NCBI GenBank assembly: GCA_965240325.2
Contig: OZ251243.1
Coordinates: 992,001 to 1,056,000, forward strand
DNA from: Rebecca billardiae RCC1528
Taxonomy: Eukaryota; Protista; Haptophyta
Direction: 5' to 3'
DNA: 64,000 nt
In this document: in pieces, positions 10,627-23,377 of the stretch
Layout: the number at the start of each line of letters is the position of its first letter
Position numbering within the stretch: the first letter of the stretch is position 1
Position numbers and translations under genes: made by a program
The notes under the pieces: model-generated
Seen by the model: the letters and a program-made list of their open reading frames with translations, nothing else
The model's database searches: none
What the model was told of the DNA's origin: nothing

Positions 10627-10992
10627 TAAAATCGCGCTCGTAACGAACCGTTACACTAATGTCACGTCCAGCTGACGTCCAGATCGCACTTTACTTAAGG
10701 GAATCAGCTGGACGCGCTTTTTTTCGGCCTAATAGACCTCTCTATGCGATCTCAAAAACTCGAAACTCGGTCTCCGCCAGCCCTAAAAATCGCCCCCCGT
10801 CCCTTTTTTCTTGATCAAAGATCTTTTTGAAACGTGGTTCGGGCCCGCTGGTGCGGGCTCCACGCTGCGCGCTCCGCCCTGCACCGCGGGCCATAATGGC
10901 GGGCCGTATATATATATGTATATATGTCTCTGCTGCTCGATCTGCTGCTACAGCTTGCTGACTCTGACGCCTGCCCGTTGCATACCACGTCG

Positions 10993-12920
<1,928 letters not shown>

Positions 12921-13256
12921 ATATATATATCATTATATGCCGGCCGCCCTCGGAGTCTCGCCAGTCTCGGACTCAGTCTGTCGGCCTGACTCCTGAGCCG
13001 TAATCGGGCTTGACTGATCTGTGATCATCGTCGCCATCCGCCGTTCGATAGGCATGGGGGCGGTCATATGCCGCCGTGTATGTGCGCCATACTCCTGGGC
13101 TGAGCAAGATGATCGCGATGATGCCAGTCTCAGCTGCTCGTCGCGCTCAGGAGTCGGGGGCGCTCGGCCCGCGGGCGCGGCGGCGAGGCCCCGTCGCCCG
13201 CGGCGCGGACTGGCAACGTGAAGAGTGAGTCCCGCCAGTCCGTCAGTCACTGAGGG

Positions 13257-13958
13257 TCATCCCCCGTAGCGCGCCTCCAGACCGGCGGGCGGCAGGCTGG
13301 CCATGACACGCTCCTCGACGCCAGGCCGCGCGAGGTAGGCCCGAAGCGACGTCTGCCGATCCACGAGGAACGTGTCGTCCAGGAAGCTCTCGCGCACAGC
13401 CTGCGGGACATCAGGGCGGCGCGAGGACAGCAGGCAGTGCCGCAAGTACGTGGCGCAGGGAAGGAGCCCACTGTCCTCGCTCCAGTGCCAGCACGTCGCC
13501 GCGTGGCGCGCCGGCGGGATCGCCGCCAGCGCCTTCTCATATCGAGGCCACACGCCGCGCTCCCTCAGCACGTCGTCCGACGCGCGTGTGCACAGCATCC
13601 CTCTGCCGACGCCATTCGTTGGCCCGTCGAGCGGCTCGCACTCAGCCGGCGCCAGCACGTATACCTCCTCACGCTTGCGCAGCGCTTCCCATTCGGCGGC
13701 TGGTACGTCAAACGCCACACCGCAGAAGGATGCTCCATCGCATGGCTCAGCCGACAACGAAGACATCTCAAGTGTCTTCACGTTGGCGATGCCGTGCTCG
13801 AAGAAGAGCGCCGTCGGGTGCCCGAATACCCGACGGTGGTTCAAGATGCGCACGTAGCGGAACCTGACGAGGGATGGCGTCGTGAGCCTGGCAGATGCCT
13901 CGCTCATGAGCGAGCCGTAGCCCAGCATGGTCACCAGCAGCTCGCCGCCCGCACCCAT
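13257..13958 (-). CDS. Gamma-glutamylcyclotransferase (GGCT/ChaC)-fold protein, copy B (inverted paralog of 7418-8140)
   Basis: LGYGSLMS motif; 3' half almost identical to copy A. Confidence 0.7.
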   Translation of the reverse strand: MGAGGELLVTMLGYGSLMSEASARLTTPSLVRFRYVRILNHRRVFGHPTALFFEHGIANVKTLEMSSLSAEPCDGASFCGVAFDVPAAEWEALRKREEVYVLAPAECEPLDGPTNGVGRGMLCTRASDDVLRERGVWPRYEKALAAIPPARHAATCWHWSEDSGLLPCATYLRHCLLSSRRPDVPQAVRESFLDDTFLVDRQTSLRAYLARPGVEERVMASLPPAGLEARYGG

Positions 13959-14170
13959 GCTGGATCTGCCCGGTCATTTTTATTTGACCGCGCACGAATT
14001 CGCTGCTAAAGTAGGGCGGAGATGCTGAGAAGTGACTGTGAGACAGTGAGACTGAGAGGAAACAATTCTGACAGTCCGCCTCGTCAGCCAACCGAGGCCT
14101 CACACGGGGCCAAGCTGTACGGACACTGGACGGGGGAAGCGATACTGATGAAGTTGCCCCAGCGACGTCA

Positions 14171-16711
14171 TCACGTTCGTCGCCCGCTGCACGTGCGCTT
14201 GTGCTCAGGCCAGTGCGCGCGCTGGCACTCGGTGCTGCAATAGAGCGCGGCGTTCGATCTGCTGCCACCGGCGTCTACTTGCTCGCGGCAGCGCGCGCAT
14301 GCGCGCAGCTTGACTCCCTGCCGGCCGCACTGCGCGCAGCAGCTGGCACCTGCCACCGATGAGGTCGGCCGCATGCCTTGCGCCCTGCCGGGCATCGATG
14401 CGGCGATTCCGCGCGCGACGGCTTCCTCCTGACGCCTGTTCTCGTCGGAGCGCGTGGGCGCCGCCGTCGCAGCGCGCCGCGGCAGCGGTGCCGCGCCCAG
14501 CCGAGAGAGCGAGCGGAGCGCGAGGTTGTTGTCGCTGTCGATGTGCTCGAGCACGTAGGTGTACTGCTCGCGCGCGCCCGCCACGTCGTTGAGCGCCTCG
14601 AGCGCCTCGGCGTGCAGCAGCCGCGCGGCTCGGTGGTTGGGCTGCGCGCGCAGCAGCCGGCGCACCGCGCTGCAGCACGCTCTGAAGTCCGAGTCCTCGT
14701 AGTGTGCGCTCGCCAGGCACATGGTTGACTGCTCGCGCGCGGCCGAGCCGGGCGGGAAGAGGCGCTCGGCCTCGACGAGGTGCTCGATGGCCGCGTCCGC
14801 GCGCGCCACGTTGCGCATGCGCGTGCCCCGGGTGAACGCGCGCCACCCGTCGGCGTGCGGCATGCCGTCCCCGCGCGGCCGAGCGCGCCAGCGCGCGCGC
14901 AGCCGCCGCTCGAGCCACGCGAGCGGCTCACCCTCCCACAGCTGAGAGCACTCGCGCACGTAATACGCAGCCTCGAGCCGGCTCCACAGCGGGACGCCCG
15001 GCTCGTGGCCGCACGGCCCCGACACCTCCCAGCCGAGGAGCTGCAGCGGCACGAACGGGTTGAGGCCGATCGCCTCGTCCAGCAGCGCGTCGGCCTTGCT
15101 CGAGACGGCGGACGGCGAGTGCTCGCGCGCGTGCTCGTCGAGCGCCCTCGTGAACGTGAACGCGCACAGTAGGGTGTCTCGCGCGCCGTCCGCGCCGTAC
15201 TTGGCGCGCAGGATGGAGCGGAGCGGCTCGGAGCCCGGCCCGTGCCCCTGGCGCAGCGTGAGGTGCAGCAGCCGCACGCGCGCGCCCAGGTGGTCGCCGT
15301 GGTCGAGGCCCAGGCAGCGCCGGTAGGTTGCGGCCGCCTCATCCGGCCTGCCCAGCATGGCCTCGAGCGCGCCTCGCAGCAGCGTCGCGCGCAACAGGTC
15401 CCGGCCTGGCAGCCAGTTATGCAGGTCGTGCGCGTGGGGGCCCGCGTCGGCCGCGGTGAGCGCGAGCACGCGCAGCCCCGCCTCCTCCGCCTCGCGCGCG
15501 AGCTGCAGCCCGGCCTCGAGCTGCGGGTCTTCCATCGAGGGGCTGAGCAGATCCGGACTGGAGGCGACGGCCATCTCCGCGAGATGCAGCCGAGATAGCA
15601 TGTCCTCGGGCGAGAGCCGCTTGGCGGCCTCGCACGCGGCGCGGATGGCGGGGACGCCGCGCGCCGCGCCGCGGTACAGCGCGGCGTGCGCGGCCTCGCG
15701 CGCGCGGCGCCACGCCCGCACGGCCTCCCGTGGCTCCGGCCGCGCCGCCGCCCGGACCGCCAGCTCCTCCAGCTCTGTCCAGTCGTCGTCCTCGAGCGCC
15801 TCCTGCGCGCGCCGGTCGCCAAGCTGAGGCCCCGGGTTGTGTAGGATCGCCTTCTTGAGCAGGCCGCTCGGCGGCTGCACGCGCGTGTCCACGAAGACGC
15901 CCTCCATCACCACGCACACGCTCGGCAGCGCGTGCGGCAGGTGCGGCGGCACCCGCACGTAGTGGTGGCCCGCGCGCGTCTGCTCGCGCACGGCGCGCAG
16001 CTCCGCCAGTGAGTACGTGGACGAGTACTGCGCGAACGGCGCCCTCTGGCTGGAGATGAAGGCGGCATGCAGCGCGCGGTCGGCCTCCGGGGAGAGCGCC
16101 CCGGCTGCGTGCGCATCGGCCATCGCCTGCATCACGAGCCCGTCGCACACGAGCGCGCGGAGGCGCTCGGCAATCTCGGCGCCGCCTCTGGAGGCGATGG
16201 CGGCCGATTGAATCGTCGCGAGCGAGTGCACGAGCTCGGAGCGATCGCCGCACGGCATGCTGACGAGACGCGCGAGGGAGAAAGGCGTCAGCCGCTCGAG
16301 CAGCTGCTCGACCAGACCCAGCTGCCGCATCGCTGCGAGCAGCAGGCGAAGCACGTCCTCGCCCCGTGTGATGCACCCGTCGACGGCGGCCGCCAGCGCG
16401 GCCGCGACCTCCACGTTGGCCTGCGCGCCGGACGACGCGGTGCGGAGCAGACGCTCTGCGCGCTGCACGAGCTCCGCGTCGTCTCGCGCCTCGGCTGCAC
16501 TCGCCCCGTCGTCGCCCGCGCTCGTGAGGTTGGCTGGCCGCACGGAGAGCAGCTCGCCGCCGACGTCGTCTGCGCGCACCTGCCAGCGCTCCCGCTCAGG
16601 CATCCACTCGACGAGGACGCAGTGCGTATCGTTCAGCTCCGGTCGTGCCTGCAGCCCGTGCAGCACCGCGCGCGCACCGGCGCGGAGGCCGTCGCCGCCG
16701 TCCGCACTCAT
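14171..16711 (-). CDS. TPR-like protein with N-terminal SH3-like module and C-terminal MYND zinc finger
   Basis: MYND CAQC..CARC..YCSTECQRAHWPEHKRTC; N-terminal LHGLQARPELN...ERWQV module; helical TPR-like repeats. Confidence 0.8.
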   Translation of the reverse strand: MSADGGDGLRAGARAVLHGLQARPELNDTHCVLVEWMPERERWQVRADDVGGELLSVRPANLTSAGDDGASAAEARDDAELVQRAERLLRTASSGAQANVEVAAALAAAVDGCITRGEDVLRLLLAAMRQLGLVEQLLERLTPFSLARLVSMPCGDRSELVHSLATIQSAAIASRGGAEIAERLRALVCDGLVMQAMADAHAAGALSPEADRALHAAFISSQRAPFAQYSSTYSLAELRAVREQTRAGHHYVRVPPHLPHALPSVCVVMEGVFVDTRVQPPSGLLKKAILHNPGPQLGDRRAQEALEDDDWTELEELAVRAAARPEPREAVRAWRRAREAAHAALYRGAARGVPAIRAACEAAKRLSPEDMLSRLHLAEMAVASSPDLLSPSMEDPQLEAGLQLAREAEEAGLRVLALTAADAGPHAHDLHNWLPGRDLLRATLLRGALEAMLGRPDEAAATYRRCLGLDHGDHLGARVRLLHLTLRQGHGPGSEPLRSILRAKYGADGARDTLLCAFTFTRALDEHAREHSPSAVSSKADALLDEAIGLNPFVPLQLLGWEVSGPCGHEPGVPLWSRLEAAYYVRECSQLWEGEPLAWLERRLRARWRARPRGDGMPHADGWRAFTRGTRMRNVARADAAIEHLVEAERLFPPGSAAREQSTMCLASAHYEDSDFRACCSAVRRLLRAQPNHRAARLLHAEALEALNDVAGAREQYTYVLEHIDSDNNLALRSLSRLGAAPLPRRAATAAPTRSDENRRQEEAVARGIAASMPGRAQGMRPTSSVAGASCCAQCGRQGVKLRACARCREQVDAGGSRSNAALYCSTECQRAHWPEHKRTCSGRRT

Positions 16712-17173
16712 CGGCCGGCCGCGAGCGTAGTGCGCGGCCGCGCGTAGCTTGCCCGCCGGGCGGGGGAGCGTGAATCACAAGTCCGGGAGCGTGTGGAGAT
16801 CAAAAGTCCGGGTTCGACCGACAAGCTCGTCTGGAAGCGACGATACTACATTCATCAGGCCTGACATCCAGTACATAGTGAGAACTGACGGAGGGTGCGC
16901 ACCCGCTTGCTCATCAGGCCCTTCACACGCCTGATTTTCTCCGCCTGATGACCGGTACCCAGGGCATTCATAGAATGATGTGACACGTGAAGGTTCCGGC
17001 GGAAATGCGGAATCGGCCTGGCGAACGGTGTTTTAAGTTTGACGAAAACACCGTTCGCCACAAGTCCACAACACGATCAGTTATACTGCGTGAAGTTAGA
17101 TTCCCTCGACGCCGCCGACGACGCGGCCGATCCATCACAGCCTTCTCGCATCTACGCGCGTTGTGTCGACGCA

Positions 17174-18070
17174 ATGTGCCAGCACGCCAGCGAGCTCAGC
17201 CCTGCTGACATTGGCAAGCACAGCCCTACCAATGAGACGCGCCAGCATGCCAGCAAACACATCAAGAGCGCTCCTCTCTTCACGTTGCCGCATGTGAAGA
17301 AGGGCGAGTACTTCAAGCGAGCGCGCGCCAACGGCAGCGTCATCGGCATCGCCATCGCCTGCACGATCATGGTCTCCTGGGCCGGCGCGCTGTACGCGTC
17401 GATCTTCTCGGCGCGTGTAGCGAGCGCGCCGCTGCCACTGCGCGCGTGCCTGGCAGCCCTCCTCACGTGGCTGTACACAGGCCTCTTTGTCACAGCGCAC
17501 GATGCGATGCACGGGCTGATTGCTCCGAGGTTCCCTGCGCTCAACCACACCCTGGGCTGGATCTGTACGCGCGCGTACGCGAGCTTCGACTACCAGCTGA
17601 TGCTACACGCTCACTGGGCGCACCATCGCAACCCTGCCGAGCCCGGGCTCGACCCCGACTTCCACGACGGGCAGAACCGCTCCCCCGCTGCTTGGTTTGC
17701 GCACTTCATGTTGTCCTACATGACGGTCCGACAGCTCGCGGCGCAGGGGGCAACCTTCAACCTGCTGTGGTACTGCGGCGTGCCCCCGCTACGGCTGCTG
17801 TGCGCGTGGGTCGCCCCGAGCCTGCTCTCCGCAGTGCAGCTCTTCTACTTTGGAACCTTCTTGCCGCACCGCGAACCGGATATTGCCAATGGCGTCTCGG
17901 CCTACGCTGACCGCCACCGAGCGCGCACGCCCGACGACCGCAGTGCGCTGTGGCACTTTGTGACATGCTTCAACTTTGGTCTCCACCACGAGCACCACTT
18001 GATGCCATTTGTGCCGTGGTGGCGCCTGCCTACGGTGCGACGCGCGAGCGGCGCACATCACAGTGATTGA
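17174..18070 (+). CDS. crtW: Beta-carotene ketolase (CrtW/BKT, membrane di-iron desaturase family)
   Basis: Three His boxes in CrtW context: GLFVTAHDAMHG, HWAHH..P...DPDFH, CFNFGLHHEHH.MPFVPWWRLP; also QLFYFGTFLPHR. Intronless. Confidence 0.88.
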   Translation: MCQHASELSPADIGKHSPTNETRQHASKHIKSAPLFTLPHVKKGEYFKRARANGSVIGIAIACTIMVSWAGALYASIFSARVASAPLPLRACLAALLTWLYTGLFVTAHDAMHGLIAPRFPALNHTLGWICTRAYASFDYQLMLHAHWAHHRNPAEPGLDPDFHDGQNRSPAAWFAHFMLSYMTVRQLAAQGATFNLLWYCGVPPLRLLCAWVAPSLLSAVQLFYFGTFLPHREPDIANGVSAYADRHRARTPDDRSALWHFVTCFNFGLHHEHHLMPFVPWWRLPTVRRASGAHHSD

Positions 18071-19349
18071 CCGATGGTCACTTCGGTGGCAGATCGGATC
18101 CGCGATGCGGTGCCGATGACGGATGATAATGTGATGCAGTGCAGCTAGCCAGAGTGCTGGGCGCGCATGAATTGCGGTGACAGCCGAGACTATGCATGCC
18201 GCCATCAGCAGCAGCCGTCAGTGCGGCCTCGACCACTGCTGGTAACATATCAGTGTCATCAATTCGAGCAGTCCGCAGGACCGGCCTAGGCTCCGCCTCC
18301 GGGCGGACGCTCGGCCGAAAAAGGGTTCCCGGATGGCGCCGAGCGCGTGGGCGGCGCGCGCCAGATCCAACGCCGGCGCGGACATCGCGCGAGGACTCCC
18401 GAGGGGGATTTTCGCCCGCTTCGCGATTGCTGCCCTTGTCGTCTCGCGTGCAGGTCAAACGGGGGCCAAAGTCGGACGCGTTTGGAGGTACGCTCGGCGC
18501 GTCGACACGATCGTGCGACCTGGGGCGGTCGTCGCCCGACTTGCACGTCGAGCGCTCGCGCGGGCCATAGTATCAAGCGCTGCGCACGACAACCAACTCG
18601 CGCGATCCACCGCCGCGCGTCGGGCTCGGTGCGGAAAGGCCCTCATCACGAGGTGTCTCGCGGGCGGGAAGCGCCATCGCACGCGACGCAAGATTGGCGC
18701 CGCTTCTGAACTCGTCAACTCGATCGCCGGATCCGCGCACCGGACCACTGTGCTCGCGGTCCCTCAGCCGAAGCCCACGTCCGGCGTGCATGGCGTCGCC
18801 GGTGACCAATGCGACGGAAGCGCAGCGCCAACGGCGTACGACGCGCAGCGGACGCACCTCCCGGGTCTGTCGCCGTGGCAGCAACCGCGTCTTCGCGAGT
18901 TGGCGACCTTCGCCGCAGCGCGACACAGACAAGCCCGTGATGCCATCCGCACAGAGATCGGAAACGTCGAGCATGCAAATGATGCAACATCGCCGCGCCA
19001 TCCTCGTCCATGGCGCAGGCGCTGCGGGACGAGGCGGAAGTCGTCACGCCGGTGACGGATGCGCTGAGATTCGTGTGCCCGCGTGAGCAGCTCGTGCCCA
19101 CTCTCGATCGCGAGTGGCACACGCTGTCGCTGTGCGCGCGCGCGCGCACAACCAACAGCTCCTCGTGCCGCCGAACACGCGGGCGCCAGACCTGTCGAAG
19201 AGGCGAAGAGCGACGACCGCGTGAACGTCAACGCGCTCGTGCTCAGCGTGGCGGCCGTGTACGACGTCAACGCGACCTGCGCCGAGCCCATCATGCCCGG
19301 AGCGGACATCGGCAAGCATCCTCGCGACGACCGCTCTCGGCTGGCGGCA

Positions 19350-19792
19350 GGAGGACATGCACATGATCTACTCTGGCGGCTTCGTCGGCGGCGAGGCGCT
19401 CGATTACGCCATCGCGGTCGAGATGCGGCACATACAGCGCGTACCCGCGCTCGCGCGGGGCAACGGGCTACCCGCCCCGCCCCGCGTGCTGCACATTCCC
19501 TTGTGGGTGTGGGCCTCGCTGATGCGCACAAACGTGTACACATGGGAGAACTTCAGGTGTCACTGGTCCTTGCCCTCGGACTGTCCGTCATCCACGGCCA
19601 CGAGCGAATGTGGCGGAAACACGCGAACCCGCAGTGGAAACATTGCGACAGCACTTGCACGGCCCGCCGACCCCCCCGCCCGCCAGCAGGGCACAGTTTT
19701 GTCACGATCGTTTCACGTTCGCACTTCAACTCACTAGTTCAAGGCACCAAGCCGCCCACGGAGGGATGCCGCGAAGTAATAACAAATCATAT
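19350..19792 (+). pseudogene. Possible degenerate Ulp1/C48 protease-like fragment interrupted by the LTR element
   Basis: DMHMIYSGGFVGGEALDY...RVLHIPLWVWASLM..VYTWENFR and FVTIVSRSHFNSLV loosely follow the Ulp1 pattern; frameshifted; continues as HMYAHSL after the insertion. Confidence 0.3.
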
Positions 19793-22700
19793 TGTCAAAG
19801 GAATCGCCAATCTACAGTGTTTTCCAATTTCCAATCCAACATTTTACTCGCAGTCACACAGTGGCGGCGCGACCGCTGCGGCGGCGCTCGCACAAAATCC
19901 TCCAAAATCGACCTGAACCTCATCCTAAAATACAGCAGGACAGCATGGCTGGCGGCGACCTGGCGGCGACATCTCGAAGCATTCCAGATGCTTCTTAGAA
20001 ATGAACGAAACATGAGCCGATCACACAAAACACGCTGAGCTCACCACCGCAAACAAGAGCCGAAGCCGTCGACCGACCTCGCGACCGTCAAGCCTCGAGA
20101 CGCGTTCCCTGACATGCTAGCACGGTGCTGGGAGAACTTGGGCAAGGATGGAGACGACGAGAACAGCGGCAAGGACGTGAACGGCCATCAGCCCGCCCCA
20201 GTTGCTCCCCTCATTGGGTTGAAGCCAGGCGTGGCAGAGCGCGCGGCAATGCCGCGCGGCTCATCGGCGATCGCGCGCAAGCGCACGCCAGACTACCTCG
20301 CCGCTGCCCTGAGGGGCATGCAGGCTGAGAAGAACCGGCAAGGCGAGAAGCTCACGCTTCTCCGCAAGCCCATCTCCAGCGCTTACGGGCCTGGCAACAC
20401 CGCTGACCTGTACTCAGGCAGCCACGCGTCGAGTGCGATCGCACCGCGTGTTGACCGGATTCATGCCGAGTCAATCAAGGATCACCTTGAGGAGGAGGTT
20501 CGCGCACAGCGCGGTGAGGAGGAGCGTTGCCGCTCGCATCCCCCGCCATCGCGCCACTCCATCCGCACGCACGTCGTTGCGCAGGGGATCTCAACAACTA
20601 CCGCCCGGGACTTGGCGCCCGCAAGCGCGGCTGAGCGCGAGGCCGAGTGCCCGCAGCTCAAGGAGTGCCTTGCTGCCTCCGAGTCATCGAACGAGGTCAC
20701 CAAGCGTTCCGGGGCAGATGCAGCGCTCGACGCTGCTGCCGCCGATGCCGCTTTGACCGTCGAGGCCCTCGAGCCTGCCGACGCTGCTCCGCGTGCTGGC
20801 CATCTGGCCGCCGCCTGTGACAGCGCAGGTCGTGCCACCGACGCAGTCAGTCTGCAGCCTCGCGCGCATGACACTGTGTCTGAGTCTGACCGATCGAACG
20901 AGGACATTAGCACCGATGAGTGCGACGCAAACGACCTGTATGGTCTGGCAGAGCAAACTATGCTCCAAGATGCTACGACACGTGACTCTGTCACAGCGAG
21001 CTCAAGCATCAAGTCAGCGGCCGCATTTATTATTGATGCGCCTGACCCAAACAAATACGTTTACCCCAAAATTACCAGCCTCACGATGGCTTCCGAAGCC
21101 GAGCTGCTCGCCACGAGCGACACAAGCAGCCGCGAGATGACCGCCGCAGAGACGGCAGAGTCCTCGTCTGGCACTTATCGACTCGCGTCGAACGTAGGAA
21201 GCGCATGCGATGCAGGGGGGGCATCATACACCTGCTTGACGGCAAAGCCGCAGCAAAACCAAGTTGGCGAGCGCGACGCGCGTGCGCATGCATCAGCTGC
21301 GTCAGCCATCACAACGCCACACTCTTGCAAGGAAGAGTATTCCGCCGAAGCTGCCGCGGATGCACATGCATCACCGCTGGACAGAACGAGCGTGAAGAAG
21401 CCCAAAGAAGGCACCACAGCCTCGACGAGGGTCACTCCTCGCTCGAAGGTAGAGCGCGAATCGCCACAGAGCGCGCGCGACACATCGACCAATGCACTTG
21501 AGTCGAAGAAACGTGACTGGATAGTCATCGAAGGAGGAGTCACAGACTCTAATCCAACCAAGAAGGAACGTGTGTTCATGGCACGCGAATCCTCGGCAGG
21601 AGTGGATACACCCGCCACACACAAGCTGACACAGTCAGCTCTGAAATCCAAGCGCGCGGTACACAGCGCGATACGGGATGCACTCGCAGAAGTGAGCACC
21701 TACTACAAGGGCAAATCCTCAGATGTCACACCTGACATAATGGAGCCCAAGGATAGCAAGCTATCCGGCTTTCAACTCATTGCCAAAGACAAATGGGTGA
21801 AAGACGCAGCCAAAATCGATCCATACAAGGCTGACAACGCTGACGCCAACAAGATCGGATCGGTCTACGATCGATCTGCGGCAGCGATATTCAAGCAGCT
21901 GAAGGACTCTATTGAGCCTCAGTTATTCGCCTATCTGGAATCGAAGCTGCACATCAGCGATCCGACCAAGAACTACTTGGATCTGGCGCTGCTGCTACAG
22001 ATATTTGAGCGCGAGCTCAAGATCACAACTATGTCCGAACTCAGGGATGAATTCCTGAAGTTATACCCGACAAAGGTGTCGCCCATTGGCGCATCGGACA
22101 TTATCAAGAAATCCGTCGAGCAAGTCCGCTCATCTCGATATGGGAATCTGGACGATGCTACGATGTTGGTCTTCAAGCTGTATAACAGCATGCACGACCA
22201 TCCCCAAGTCTACGAGTCAGTTATCTCGCACTTCGGAGCGCTCACGCCCGAGCAATGTGTGGATAACACTGACCAGATAATGGCCCAGATGGAAGATGCC
22301 TACAAACGGCACGGCTCAATGAAGCTACTCCATCAGAACAATACCAAGGGGAGAGAGACCGAAAATTATTCCAAGATACGCCAAAATGCTGATTATCAGC
22401 AAGGCACGCGGCGACGCGGTGACTTTGAGGGCGCCGAAGTCTTCGCCGCTCAGGCCCAAAAGGCTCCAGCCAATGGCGAGAGCGGGCCGAATAACTCGGA
22501 CACCGGCAAACGGTGCACTCACTGTGGTCTCAAGAACCATACTGCCCAGCAGTGTTGGAAGCTCCACCCAGAGCTACGCCCCAAGGCCAACAATTACAAC
22601 AAAGGCAAAAACAAGGGAGCCAAAAAATTTCCCAAGGAGCGTATCCATTTCCTGGATATTCCTGCTCCGGATGCCTATGATTAACTATCAAGGCAGGGCA

Positions 22701-23274
22701 TGACCCAATAACAAGGTCCAAAATCAAGGCCAAAGAGTGAACATATGGTGCAAATAAGCCCAGGACTGACTCGGGTTACCCAAAACCGTCACACGGAAGT
22801 CCCAGCACATGACCCGTATCCTGGCATTGGCAACCAGCATTACTGACTCCAATTCACTCATGCACACAGATGCACAAACAATACCAAGCCCAAAATCACT
22901 CATAATCCAAGCTTAGTCCTCACAGACGAGCGCATATTGGATTGAGGGGGGGTGTCAAAGGAATCGCCAATCTACAGTGATTTCCAATTTCCAATCCAAC
23001 ATTTTACTCGCAGTCACACAGTGGCGGCGCGACCGCTGCGGCGGCGCTCGCACAAAATCCTCCAAAATCGACCTGAACCTCATCCTAAAATACAGCAGGA
23101 CAGCATGGCTGGCGGCGACCTGGCGGCGACATCTCGAAGCATTCCAGATGCTTCTTAGAAATGAACGAAACATGAGCCGATCACACAAAACACGCTGAGC
23201 TCACCACCGCAAACAAGAGCCGAAGCCGTCGACCGACCTCGCGACCGTCAAGCCTCGAGACGCGTTCCCTGACA
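19793..23274 (+). mobile_element. Gag-only, Copia-type non-autonomous LTR retrotransposon, 3482 bp
   Basis: 322-bp LTRs 19793-20114 and 22953-23274 (TGTCA...TGACA, one mismatch seen); 5-bp TSD CATAT; PPT TTGAGGGGGGG before the 3' LTR. Confidence 0.95.
20114..22684 (+). CDS. gag: Gag-like protein with CCHC zinc knuckle (856 aa)
   Basis: Intact ORF; Copia-style knuckle CTHCGLKNHTAQQCWKLHPELRP; no protease, integrase, RT or RNase H follows. Confidence 0.85.
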   Translation: MLARCWENLGKDGDDENSGKDVNGHQPAPVAPLIGLKPGVAERAAMPRGSSAIARKRTPDYLAAALRGMQAEKNRQGEKLTLLRKPISSAYGPGNTADLYSGSHASSAIAPRVDRIHAESIKDHLEEEVRAQRGEEERCRSHPPPSRHSIRTHVVAQGISTTTARDLAPASAAEREAECPQLKECLAASESSNEVTKRSGADAALDAAAADAALTVEALEPADAAPRAGHLAAACDSAGRATDAVSLQPRAHDTVSESDRSNEDISTDECDANDLYGLAEQTMLQDATTRDSVTASSSIKSAAAFIIDAPDPNKYVYPKITSLTMASEAELLATSDTSSREMTAAETAESSSGTYRLASNVGSACDAGGASYTCLTAKPQQNQVGERDARAHASAASAITTPHSCKEEYSAEAAADAHASPLDRTSVKKPKEGTTASTRVTPRSKVERESPQSARDTSTNALESKKRDWIVIEGGVTDSNPTKKERVFMARESSAGVDTPATHKLTQSALKSKRAVHSAIRDALAEVSTYYKGKSSDVTPDIMEPKDSKLSGFQLIAKDKWVKDAAKIDPYKADNADANKIGSVYDRSAAAIFKQLKDSIEPQLFAYLESKLHISDPTKNYLDLALLLQIFERELKITTMSELRDEFLKLYPTKVSPIGASDIIKKSVEQVRSSRYGNLDDATMLVFKLYNSMHDHPQVYESVISHFGALTPEQCVDNTDQIMAQMEDAYKRHGSMKLLHQNNTKGRETENYSKIRQNADYQQGTRRRGDFEGAEVFAAQAQKAPANGESGPNNSDTGKRCTHCGLKNHTAQQCWKLHPELRPKANNYNKGKNKGAKKFPKERIHFLDIPAPDAYD

Positions 23275-23377
23275 CATATGTACGCGCATTCACTGAAAAT
23301 GACATAATTGATCCAATTCAATGATTCAGCAGTGACGTTGAATCTCAGCAGGATGCAATGCATTCTTGACTATACAA

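Larger units (their letters stand above)
8401..10893 (-). mobile_element. Non-autonomous element, copy 1 of the asymmetric-IR/3'-hairpin family (Helitron2/Helentron-like)
   Basis: Ends shared with 30861-32155 and 59423-61075; terminal hairpin GACCGCG-TTC-CGCGGTC at 8402-8418; subterminal GGCCCGCGGCGCAG (8446) pairs with terminal CTGCACCGCGGGCC (10879-10892). Confidence 0.8.
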
